Source: Takakia lepidozioides
Lineage: Eukaryota; Plantae; Bryophyta
Reading direction: 5' to 3'
Length of the DNA stretch: 64,000 nt
NCBI GenBank assembly: GCA_030704615.1
Contig: CM060731.1
Location: 34,596,001-34,660,000 of the forward strand
A model generated the notes under the pieces. It worked only from the letters and a program-made list of their open reading frames with translations, did no database searches and was not told the DNA's origin. A program made the position numbers and the translations under genes. Below, one piece after another: positions 34,501 to 46,784 of the stretch. Within the stretch, counting starts at the first letter, position 1, and every line of letters starts with the position of its first letter.

Positions 34501-34990
34501 TTAACCACCACTTTACTGGAAGCAGATGTGAGTATTAACCCCATCTCAAGGAAGGCCCTTCAAAACCAGCCTCAATCAGAACTCGGTTAAGAAAATCCCA
34601 GCTGATATTATCAAATGTCTTTTCAAAATCTAGCATGAGAAGAGCCAGAGGCTGGGCATTCTTTTGAGCCAAGTGCAAAGCCTCTTTAGCAAAAAGAATG
34701 TTGGCCAAAATCATTCTACTTCTAACAGATCCAGTCTGCTCTGGTCTAATGATAGTTGGGAGTAGGGGTTGGATTCTAAGTGGAAGGGCCTTTGCAATTA
34801 CCTAATAAGTGGAATTCAACAGCGTGATCGGGCGGTAGCTGAGAAACTACGGATCTGTCTTTTTTTTTGAAGATGTCAAGGGTGATCAACCCTTGGGACA
34901 TCTGTGAGGGCATGATACATTTCTCCAAGATGTCATTAGTCATGGCAAGAAAATCATCCCCCATCGTGCCCCAAAGCCCTTTAATGAATT
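31570..34990 (-). mobile_element. Degenerate, 5'-truncated L1-clade LINE (RT, zf-RVT, 3' UTR, A-rich tail)
   Basis: Motifs LDFEKTFD, RQGCPLAPFLF, YADD, SGLKVNWSKS, ISWAQLCRPRLEGGLGI and KISAFLWK...CLLC...ESIEHCL. A T-rich tract at ~31569-31590 is the tail. The element is cut at 34990 by an LTR. Confidence 0.9.
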
Positions 34991-35872
34991 TGTTAGAGGG
35001 CTGCTTGGGACTTAGACGCTTTTATGGGTTCTGTGGGGTACCCTTAATTTTTGCGCAGACTGAGACCAACAGGAGCCTTAGGGGTGGCAGGAGCAAGCTT
35101 TAGGGGGGTTACACAGCCCGACACAGCTTTACACAGCCCGTCACAGTCTATCACAGCCCGACACAGCTTCACACAGCCCGACACAGCTTCACACAGCCCG
35201 ACACAGCTTTACACAGCTCGGCACAGCTTGACACAGCCTGTCACAGTACATGGGGAACAGTTATCATTGACAGGGAACGACTGTGTGGGAACGACATCTG
35301 CAGAGGGAACGTGTTATTTCAGGGGTGACGATTAGTTAGTTAGGTGGTTAGAACAGCTTGCGGGTAGATTAGGCAGAGCGGCAACGGGAAGGGGATCACT
35401 TCTTGAGGAGGGCGACTTGTTCAGGAGAGGAAGAAACGTAACGGAGAGCGGAAACAGTGAAGATGAGATGATGACTTGAATGAGACTTAGTACATGCAAG
35501 CTGTAAAATTATACAGTATGATAGAATAGAGACACCATGGCATAGGCATGATATATGATTAATCTTAATCCGATATTGAATCAATACAAACATATTGTGT
35601 AGAGAGACACGAGAGAAGTTGTGGAATGAATGCATGATTAACTGGAACTTAGTAGATACTAAAGCAATCTGATGCTTCAGTATACACGGTAAGGTAAATT
35701 GATAACATGAAGGCAGGAAGGAATACAAATAGGAAGCACAACCATGATTCACTAGCTGCAGGTCATGACTGATTGTTCTGAGCGGGCTGAGTGCTTAGAG
35801 ATATCCAACTCTTCTATCTTGGTGTTTCCACCTCGGATAGCGAAGGGATGGGTGAGTAAAAGCCGCTCGACA
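34991..35872 (+). repeat. 5' LTR of the Ty3/gypsy element (TG...CA), containing a 10-bp-period CACAGC repeat array
   Basis: Starts TGTTAG exactly where the L1 RT frame stops and ends ...CTCGACA. It is followed by the PBS-like TGGCGACCATACTGGGGA (35875-35892). The array lies at ~35110-35245. No matching 3' LTR is in the window. Confidence 0.7.
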
Positions 35873-38845
35873 TTTGGCGACCATACTGGGGAACTGGATC
35901 ATGAACAACCAGATGTGACAGGCATCTGGTAGGATCATGGTGGTTGGAGAATTAAAGAATTTGATGTGAATCAAATTCCTTGTGGAACTGAGAAGGAAAG
36001 ATTGTCCAAACAATTCTTTCAGAGGTTCTTGGAATTGTCAGACGGTTGTAAAGAAAACATTCTTAAGAGAGTACATGATGCTGATCCTGAGTGGGGTCTG
36101 GAGAAAAGAGTGATAAAGATTTATCAGGTGGCCTATAGAGGAAGAGCACATTGGTTTATGTGATAGCGTTGCTATCCATTAAGCGAGTAGAGTTTGAAGG
36201 CTGGGAGGAAATGAAGGTGAATGTTTATACTCATATGCATGAGGAGCTTGTACTGGTAAAGAATTGGATTCCAAAGGATATTCTGTGGATCAAACTCACA
36301 CCAAGAACAGCTTTTCAGACTTGTTTGCCATATGGTTATATGGTAACAGAGACTTCTAGTATAGCCAAGGGTGCATTGAAGCTTGAAAGAAACCAGGCAT
36401 ATACGAGAGATACTACAGAAGAGAGTTTTGGTTATTGCCACATTAAATAAATGAAAGACATGGGACATGAGTGATGAAAAAGAAGCTAGACTCCAGAGAT
36501 ATTCAGCAAAAAGATAAAGTTATCTCAAAGCTAATTATCCATATCTTTGGGAGAGAGGAATAGACATAGGGGAATCATCTGGACCTCTCACACCATTAAG
36601 ATCAGAGAGTACATCACCCATACCGGAAGAACTAGAGTTGGATGTCACTCCTTCTTTTTCTTTGCAAGAAAGATTAAGGGGATTGGTACAGGAAGAAGAT
36701 CAACCACGAGGTGAAAGATCTGAGGTACATCCCTGGATAACAGATTTGACAGAAATCTTTGATAAGAGTTGGCATGGAACACCAAAAGTAGGAACTCCAG
36801 TTTCTGAAACGGAAGACGAAGAAGGAGGAGAGGATGTGGCAGAACCAACAGAGAGTTCAGACTCTCCAACACCATTGCAATTAAGTTACATGAGTGAAGA
36901 AGAAGAAACCCAAGGGCAGAACTTGGAAGATGAAAACAGAGAGAAGAAGAGGAAAAGTATGAAGAAGTAGACCCAACAGCTGAGGTTGCCAACCCGTTGG
37001 ACCTGGATCAAGTGGAGCATTTGGATCATAGGCCAACGAAGGTGTCGGCTCAGGGGGATCAGGCGGGCAGCCTGGATCTAGCTCTGGGGGGACAGGGAGT
37101 GTGGGAAGTAGTGCAACTGGAGCTGGGAATACTGTGAATATAGTGGGGCCAGTAGCAGGGAGTGCTCAGGGGCCAGCACTTGGTGGAAGTTCCACCACAA
37201 CTACAACAGGTCCTCAAGGACCAGCACCAGCAAGGGGGCCAACACCTGTCAGTGGGCAGGGGGTAGGGCCACGGATGGCGTTACAATCAACACGGACAAA
37301 ACCACATTTTCCAATATATTCAGGAAAAAAAGATCATGATGTACACATTAGCCAATTTGAGCACATGTGTATTGTGAACAATGAGAATGACGATGATACC
37401 AAGATGAGACTGTTTCCTTGTTCACTTATAAAGAAAGCAAGTGAATGGTATGCAAGATTCCATGATAATCATTTCCTAACTTGGAATGGCTTGAATACAA
37501 CATTCCGAAATAGGTTCAGGACAAGTAAAACTGAGGATGAAGTGTATGGAAGTTTACAACAGTTAAAGCAAAAGAAGCATGAAACTGTTGAGGAGTATAT
37601 GGAAAAGATGGAATTGATGATGAAAAAATTGGCTGCTGTACCAGTATCAGGTTTATAGAAGACTTGGTTTGTGAGTGGACTAAGACCAGAGTTGCAAAAG
37701 AAAGTGGATATGTTACCTCATAATACAGTGGAGGAGGCATTTGAAACAGCGAACAGAATTGAGCAATTGGGAATGCTCAAGAGAGAGAATATGGATGATG
37801 AGGACTCTGAGGATGAGTCAGATGAGGAAGAAGAGCAAGAGCTTAAGAGGAAGAGTAAGAGGAAGGAAAAGTTGAAGATGGATAACTATGAGAAAAGATT
37901 AGAAGAAATCTTGAAGAAGTATGCCACAGAGGCTGCAACACATTGGAGGAAGGGTGTTTGGTGTGCAAAATGCCAGAATGAAGGCCATACCACCACTGAA
38001 TGCCACATGAAGGAGAAACACTGTACTATCTGTAAAATGGATAACCATTCTACTGAGAATTGTTACTACAACAGAAGGACAACAGCAAGGGAACCTAGGC
38101 AAGTAAGGGTGCATCAAGTGCAGCCCCAGCCAAGAAGAAACAGTGATCAGGACCACTATGGTAGGCCTGGTGGTTATAACAATGGCATGGAAGGGAGAGG
38201 TAATCCAAGAGGGAATTACCAAGGGAATTCCAGAGGCAACTATCAGGGTAATCCAAGGGGGAATTACCAGCCAGGGAATCAGGATTACAGAAACAATCCC
38301 AGAACAGACCAAGGGCGAGGACCTAATGGGGAAGAACTATGTTACTATTGTAATCAGGCAGGACATTGCAAGGCAGCCTGTCCATTCTGGATCAGACACC
38401 AGAATGAGATGAGAGCTCCTGTGAATGAGGGGCCAGTGGTGGCAGCTCACATGGTTAGGCCATGTGTTGTACCAGAAGTAAGTACAATGATAGTAACCAG
38501 AAGCAAAGCCAAAATAATACCTCCAATAGATGAGGAATGTGATGATAATGAAGATGGCAGTGATATGCCTGAAGATGATGAGGCTTGGAGAGATGAGAAA
38601 GAACTGCACAAGGAAGGGGCAGATACCATAAGGGAAATGCAGAAGAGTACTGATATTCCTATGGCATATTTCTCTGATTCTGAAAGAGAAGGGGAAGTGA
38701 GTGAGGATGAAGGGAAGAAAGAAGCTGCAGAAATGCAAAGTAATGAGGGGACTCTGACTGAAGTAATATGCCAGTCCAAAGCGGAGATTACCATTGGACA
38801 GCTATTGGCTGTGGCACCTTATTGTAGACACAGGCTGTATCAAGC

Positions 38846-39351
38846 TGTCAAGTTATTTTACCACTAGTGTGAAACTAGCTAGGAAATATGTAGCTTTTAC
38901 ATATTGACATTTGGGATTGGCCCAAGTGTCAATCCAGGGGTCAAGGCAGATTTAGGCCCTGGAGTGGTTATCTTCACGGCAAGCGCGAAAGGCTCATCTT
39001 TCTCGAGTTGAGCCTCACCGCGCCTAGCTATGGCGCCGTAGTGTGGATTCCCCATGGCGTGGGGTGCACTTGGCTTGACTTGTATTTGAGTGATGAGGTT
39101 ATATATGCATGAGTTTATGCTTCAGATTTGTGAACTCGTGCTTGTATTCTTCTTCTTTATCATTGTGTGGACTAGTGACTGCCATAGTGGGCAGCATAGT
39201 GGCAGCCTAGTGACTGACTAGTTGTAGCCTAGTGGTTGGACTAGTGGTTGGACTAGTGATGGACTAGTGGTATACTAGTGTGTGGTGTGCACATGTGTTG
39301 TGTGGTTTTGGACAGCGACGTAGTTGTGTAGCGATATGTATGCGCACGACA
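38846..39351. mobile_element. Probable solo LTR inserted between gag and RT
   Basis: Termini TGTC...GACA, flanked by the direct repeat AAGC (38842-38845 and 39352-39355). Non-coding, with CTAGTG repeats. Confidence 0.65.
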
Positions 39352-42199
39352 AAGCTAAGAGTCTATTCATCAAATACATGGATGTATTTGCTTGGAGCTA
39401 TGAGGATCTGAAAGGGATACCACCTGAGATCTGTCAGTATAAGATTGAACTGGAACCAGGGTCAGTACCAATCAAATAGGCAAGGTACAGAATGAATCCC
39501 AACTATGCACAGAAGGTTGGAGAAGAGATCAAGAAGTTGGCTGAGGCTAAGTTTATATACCCGATAGAATATACAACTTGGTTGTCACCCATTGTGATAG
39601 TTCCCAAGAAGAATGGTAAACTGAGAGTTTGTGTGAACTATAAGAAATTAAATGCTTGTACGAAGAAATATATTTTCCCTTTGTCATTCACAGAAGCGGT
39701 ATTTGACACTGTGGCAGGCCATGAGATGTACTCATTCATGGATGGCTTCAGTGGTTATAATCAAGTGCAAGTGGCAGAAGAAGACCAGGGAAATACATCT
39801 TTCATCACAGACTGGGGTGCTTATGCATACAAAGTCATGCCTTTTGGACTTTGTAATGCACCAGCAACCTTTCAGAGAGTGATAAACGAATCTTTTCATG
39901 AGTATCTGGATGATTTCATGTAGGTGTTCTTGGATGATTTCAGAGTGTACAGCTCTAAGAATGAACACTAGCATAAATTGGAGTTATGTTTGGCCAGATG
40001 CAGGATGAGAGGTCTGGGCCTGAATCCAGATAAGTGTACTTTCTGTGTGAACTCAGGGGTGCTTTTGGGACACATTGTGTGTAAGAGGCGACTTCTTGTG
40101 GATCCCAGAAAGACTGAGGCTATTAAAGCCTCTCCACCACCAGTAAATGTTAAGAGTCTAAAGAGATTCCTTGGTCAAACCAGTTATTACAGAAAATTTT
40201 CAGACGGTATGCACAGATGGCAGCACCATTGAGCAAGCTTCTGAAGAAATTTGCAGTATTTGCATGGACAGCTGAATGTCAACATGCTTTTGAGGAACTT
40301 ACATTGTCAGTAACAACTACACCTGTGCTGATTAACCCTCACTCGCACGTAGTATTTCATGTTCACTGTGATGCCTCAGGAGAAGCGTTAGGAGCAGTGT
40401 TAGCCCAAAATGTTACATGAAATATAGATTCACCTGTGTACTATGCTAGCAGGTTGATGAACAGTGCTGAAAAGAACTATAGCACAACCGAAAGAGAAGC
40501 ACTGGCAATGATATATGCAGTCAAGAAATTCAGGCATTACCTATTGGGAAGGAAGTTCATGTTTTATGTGGATCACCAGGCTCTGATATATCTGGTGAAT
40601 AAACCTTTGATAAGTGGAAGGATAGCAAGGTGGTTAATAATCTTGCACGAGTTTGAGTTCGAAGTTGTTTACAAGCTTGGCCGTTTGCATCTTGTGGCAG
40701 ATCACTTGTCACGCCTATCAACAGGAGAGCCCGCCACAGGAGTAGACGACCAATTACCTGATGCGAGTTTATTTGCAGTAGAGGTGCAGGGAAGTATAGA
40801 TGACTGGTTAGATTGGCAGTGGCCAATCAGATACTACCTTACTCATGGTCAGTGCCCACCTAGTTATGGAAAGGAGCAGAGGAAGAGAATCGCTATCAAG
40901 GCTTTACCTTATACTATGGTAGGGGGCAGAATGTATAAGCTAGGACCTGATGGAGTACTTAAACGATGCTTGTATCACCATGAAGTAAATAAAGTTTTGG
41001 AGGAAGTTCATAAAGGAGTGGCTGGAGGTCATTTTGGAGAAGAGACTACCAGTAGAAAGATACTACTTGCAGGTTACTGGTGGTCTACTTTGTTCAAGGA
41101 TGTACACAAGTATTGTAAGAGTTGTGATGAGTGTCAGAGGCTAGGACCATTGCAGAGATCTGGGAAGATGGCTTTGCATCCTACGATGCCTACTGAACCA
41201 TTTCAGAAATGGGGACTAGACTTTGTTGGACCAATTAACCCACCAACCAAAAATACACAGAACAAGTATATAATCACAGCCACTGATTATACTACAAAGT
41301 GGGTGGAAGCTAAAGCTCTGAGGGACAACACAGCTAAGTCCACAGCAAGGTTCATGTACGAGACCATACTTACACGATTTGGCTGTCCCCTGGAATTTAT
41401 CAGTGACCAGGGAAGTCACTTCATTAATGAGACCATAAAACTATTGACTAAAGAGTTCATGATTGTGCATATGAAGAGTACAACTTATTACCGACAGGGT
41501 AATGGGCAGGCAGAGGCTACCAACAAAATACTATGTAATATCTTGGCTAAGATGGTCAATGCAAACAGAACAGATTGGGATACAAAGTTGCTGACAGCTT
41601 TGTGGTCATACATGACTTCATATAAAATCACCACTAAGTATACACCATTCCAATTAATTTATGGTATGGAAGCTTTACTTCCAGTGGAATTCTTGTTACC
41701 TACCATGAGAACTGAATGGGGAAGGAAAATGGAATTGGAAGATTCAATTAAGGTCAGGAAACATGAATTATACCATGTGGAAGAAGTGCGTGCTGATGCA
41801 GCTGATAACATGACCAGAATTCAGATGAAGAGGAAGAATCAGTTTTATGAAGGTAAATTAAAGACTTTTAAGACGGGAGATTTGGTACTGTGGTTGCAGA
41901 AGAAGGGGAAGATTAAAGCTTCTAAGCTTAAATCACCATGGAAATGACCTTATGTCATACAGAAGATGTATGATAATAACACCGTCATGTTACAAACCAT
42001 TAACAAAGAAATGCTGGGGAGAGTCAATGCCAATAAGTTGAAGGGATATAGTGGTATCCATGACAAATCATTGCAGCACGATTTGCATGTTGAAACACAA
42101 AAACAGTCACGGGCTGCGCCACTGATACCAACGGAGTATGGAGCACTTGTCGCTAAGCCGAACGTATATGACCAGGGTGGGAAGTACAGGTGTTCGCAT

Positions 42200-42500
42200 A
42201 GTTATCACAGCCCATCACAGCGTGACACGGCCCATCACAACCCATCACAGTGCCACACAACCTATCATAGCCCATCACAGCGTGACATAGCTTATCACAA
42301 CCCATCACAGTGTCACACAGCCTATCACAGCCCATCACAGTGCCACACAGCCTATCACAACCCATCACAACGTGACACAACTTATCACAACCCATCACAA
42401 CGTGACACAACTTATCACAGCCCATCACAGTGTCACACAACCTATCACAGTTCACCACAGTTAGACACAGCCTGTCACAGCCCAACACAGCCCATGCGGG
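42200..42500 (+). repeat. Tandem array with a 30-bp period (10-bp subunits), translated as HSPSQCHTAY-like decapeptides
   Basis: Repeated tatcacagcccatcacagtgtcacacagcc, in the pol reading frame and related to the LTR array. Confidence 0.9.
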
Positions 42501-45500
42501 TTACACAGTCCATTGGGTCAGTGACAGGTGGACGCGGGTTAACGTCAGAAAAGTGGCCGTCAAGTGAAGAAGAAGTTTGGAAGTCAAACTCGGAGAATAT
42601 GCCACGCGGAGAGGGGAAGTTGGGGGCATGTCTAAAAGCGGACACGTGGCCACTAAGGCGAAGCACACCGCAGTGCATCGATTGCAAGAGTGGGTCTCAT
42701 CATGCAAGAGGACAAATCGGGCCGACAAAGTACCTACCTGGTACATCAGCTAAAACTAATTGTGGGTCCATTAATGCATTCAGGGCAGGGGTAATAGAAC
42801 CCTTTCCGAGTACAGAAAAGAGGGACTTATGCCACATGTGCTGTCCTACTGGACATTCCAGGTGGGAATGTCCACGGAGGGGGGTGGAATTAAGAAGTTA
42901 CCTAAGCAGGCAACAGCCAATCAGGAGTGAGAATTTCATGCAGGTGGTTCCCTCCAAGAAACAAGAACAAGAAATTGGAAGTGTTATGAGCGGAAGAGTC
43001 GGGGTGGCTCCGAATAGCCAGTGTCTCGACGGAAGGGGCAATCAAAGCAGTAGCTTTGTAGCTATGGCGGATGTAACGGATTACACGCTCGCTTTACTTC
43101 TCTCGCAGTGGCGCAAAGACGAACGAATTGAGAGTACATTTTCTCTCACTCGATACTTGCAAGCAGGCTTACACGCACTTATCTGTTCCATTCTGTGCCA
43201 ACCATAACTTTATGCTCTGTGCCCTGCAAACTTTCCTTCAGCTGTTTCAAACAAGGCCTTTTTATTTGTCTAGAATGAAGAGAGTGAGGGGAATGGAGGA
43301 TATCAGGGTGAAGAGCACCACGATTCTGCAGAAGCAAACAATTGCTACACCGCAGGTAGTGCAGCTGCTGAGGGAGTTGCGATTGGAGGGGCTGCTACGC
43401 AAAGACTAGTCCTTGCATCATCGGCAGTATATGATTCAATTTCTTCAAAACTTTGAGCCTCGGACGGGAGTAGATATAGAAATTACTCCCCAGTACTTGC
43501 AGCAATTGTTTGATTTGCCATCGAGTCATGTAGATGTGGATGAGCACAGGGCAAGATTGCAGATATGGAATTTGTTCCAAAAATGGAGTTTCTTTAAGAC
43601 TCAAGGTTACGCTTGTACCAAAACCGAGTACCCAGGGCTCAGAGAAGTTGGCCAAATATTGAACGAAGAATAGGAAACAAGCCTAGTATGACCTAAACAT
43701 AAGTTTCAAGATGTTTGGGCTGCTAGCTTTACATGGGCAGAAGTGTGTTCTGGAAGGTAGTTGAAAGATAAGGTGGACCAAAAATAGCAGATGCTGCATT
43801 CCATGGAAGTCCATGACCAAATTTAAATTGACGATATTTTCCCAAATAATGATAGACATTTGGGCAATCCACTTCCAAAAATTACCACCTAATGTGCAAA
43901 AAAATATAATGTGCTATTTATTCTCTACAAGTAAAAATTAGAACATTTTTCAAAGTAATTTAGGGTATAAAAAATATAGGCGGGAGCATTTAAATGAATA
44001 TAGGGTAGAGGTTAAAGGCTCCAATTACATTTTATTTAGAATTACTCATAGGGTGAAGGTATTTTTGAATGACACGTGTCAAGCAGTGTATGGATATGTA
44101 GTGTGAAATTTTTTTTGGCAAAAACCCCTTTGTAGTTAGTTAGCTGATTGTTCATTGACCAGAGAATGACCCTACCTACACTGTAAGTGTGGGCAGAACT
44201 ATGATTAAGTTGTTTGATTCCTTAGATCCATGATGAACATGTGTAATTGTATATGCCATGATGTTTTTCCTTTTCATTCTTTTTCTTTTCTCTCTGACTA
44301 CTGACCTTCCTACGCAACTATCAGTGCATCCTTTGCTATATGCTAATGCAAAATTTCATAAACATATATCTAGATGGTTCTTCCCTGCAGCTGCAATCAT
44401 TGGAAGCAAAGTGTGTCCCTTGTTAATTCTCATTTAGAAACAGACCCCACTTCAACATTGTGTGGTGCAACAATACCCTTGATATCTTGTTCATGTCTGT
44501 GTGTAGTCACAACAAGATATGACATAATGTTATCCCCCCACTACCTTAGTAGCTCAATAACTCTGACTTACGATAAAGATCATAATGTATATACCCTTGC
44601 TGATGGTGATAGTGATACTCTAGCTGAGTTTGTTTCTAGCAAGTAATGAAATGTAAAATGCAAGTTTGCATGGGAATGTAAAACACAAGTTTTTTGCTTT
44701 GTAAAATTTTATTTTATTTATTTTTATATTAATATAGCATATCAAATACTCATGGTTGCTGCCGAATAAAAAAATATATCCTAATAAAAAATGCTATATA
44801 TTAAAAAAATTATATAATTATAGGGTGTAGAAAAAATCAAAAAATTAAATTAATACCCCCTAAGAAAATACCCTTTTATTGCACGTGTCTACCAAACAAA
44901 TAAGGAGGGGCCCTCCCCAGGATAGACAATGGTATATTAAATATTTTTAATAAATGATCTTATCCCAATTTTTAATTTGAATGAGATCTGATATATCAAA
45001 AATTAGAATTTACCGATTTGTCTATATACAACCAAGCCATTGTAGATTATATTTTTGTATCATTTGCAGTAAAATAGACATCTGAAAGGCCCAAAACACA
45101 AGATGTACTAAACTAGAACAAATTCACCTATATATAACATTCATATTAGTCCATATTAGGTAGTAAATGACAGATGATATTGTCATTTTAAATTGAAATC
45201 TAGAGTGTTCCCTAAATTGGCCTCCTTATCTCAAAAGAGCAAAGCAATACACCAAAGGCACAATGGCTAATTTTGAGTCCATGTATTTCCATTTGTAGTG
45301 GTGACAGTCCACAATTGTCATGTTCAAAAGTCCATATATCTTGAACATTTTATTTGATTGACAATTTGACGGTTGATATAGGTAGATATTGAAGTTAGGA
45401 ATCCAACATGAAAAATGTTCCTCAACATTATTGATTCTATTCAAAGCAATTCATGATATCATGCACGACAGTCACTGAAAACTGTGCTGGTGACGCTAAT

Positions 45501-45539
45501 TTTGGTCCACCTTACCTTGCATCTACCCTGGAGGAGGAT

Positions 45540-45990
45540 GTCTGCATGATTCATGCAGTAAGGTGCAAGGTGTGCTCCAAAATTGAGGGGAAAGACAAAA
45601 TCTTCAAGTGCCAGATAAGAGGAAGACAACAGTTGCGATGCTTGGAGTACCAATAGGAAAGTTTTACTACCGCAAAGAGAGCGAACATTGCAAGAATAAA
45701 GCCCTGTATGCAACTTCCTTGAGGGATTCAATGATTCACATGCAAATTGTTGGAGTGGTGGCCCAAGATAAGAGGAAGCGATTGGTCCAATTTGTTGTTG
45801 ATTTCCACATCCTTAACCAAGACATACAAGCCCATGACTGACTACGAGGAGTTCAAAGATCTTTTCAAGCGGCTGAAAAAAATAAAGAATACTCTAAACA
45901 AACACTGATCCGATAATAGCGGTTGGGAGATGGTGGAATGCACAGATTCAGAAGTCTTGCAAACCCCCAGGGAGGCTGTGAAGGCATCTA
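45540..45990 (+). mobile_element. Decayed hAT (ZNF862-like) transposase fragment
   Basis: Segments AVRCKVCSKIEGKDK, SEHCKNKALYA, KRLVQFVVDFHILNQ, PMTDYEEFKDLF and KH*SDNSGWEM occur in shifting frames. Confidence 0.55.
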
Positions 45991-46784
45991 GGAAAAACAC
46001 TATTCATATGATAGAGTTCACATTTTGCCATAATAGATACCCACATCTCACCCACATCAATCCATTCAATATAAACGAGACAAATACGAACCCCTAATAC
46101 AAGTCCTTGGCCAACACGGATGCAACTCGGCTATCATTACTTTAGGTGTCAGAGAAGCCATAACGTCCACATCCTTACAGAAAACCTCAAATTACCCTAA
46201 GCATACCACCCCCTTCCTACACACCATGCATTTTACAGCTATCACTTTGCTCACATCCTTATTCTCGACAAACGGAAGATTGAAAGTGGTTTCGGAATCT
46301 AAATGAAGATAGGGTCTGGAATATATTTTTTTATTGTTTTTTTTATACAACTACCATAGGGTCCCGAGAATAACATGAGACACATGTTGTTTGCTTATTG
46401 GTTTTTGCAATGGGTACTTATAAATCTAAATGGCACCTTAAATTCAAGTATGATGTAACTAGCATGACCTTTGACCCCTTTGTAATCGAGGGACAAATCT
46501 CTTCCCAGAAATCAGTAGCAAGATCATAAATCTCTGCCGAGTGAAGTTCATCACAATAAGTAAATGGATAGACATAAATTCAATCATTAGTTCAGTTATT
46601 ATGACTTCGACAAAGTTCAGAATATTTATAGCTTGAATGTTACTGATGCCCAAGCTTTTGATGAGTTGTTTCAACCAAGTAATGATTTTTTTTTTTTTTT
46701 GCAATTTTTTTTTTCTATTGTATTGTTACTATAGCGTGCCTGATTTGAAGCCGATAGCAAGAAAGGGAAACAATCAAGCTGCCA

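Larger units (their letters stand above)
34991..43700 (+). mobile_element. Degenerate non-chromovirus Ty3/gypsy retrotransposon (extra 5' ORF, gag, RT, RNase H, integrase, extra 3' ORF); protease and 3' LTR missing
   Basis: Gag ~37270-38845 with three CX2CX4HX4C knuckles. RT (PIVIVPKKNGKLRVC, DGFSGYNQ, MPFGLCNAPATFQR), RNase H (HCDAS, NYSTTEREALA) and integrase (GGHF, CDECQR, WGLDFVGP, SDQGSHF, GQAE) occur in gypsy order, with several stops and frameshifts. Confidence 0.95.

Noticed and set aside
35875-35892. tRNA-like sequence here and at 49751-49764
   Set aside because: These are retrotransposon primer-binding sites, not tRNA genes.
42153-42488. Antisense Cys-rich repeat ORF (MGCDRLC...) resembling a metallothionein
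   Set aside because: It is only the reverse reading of the 30-bp tandem array.
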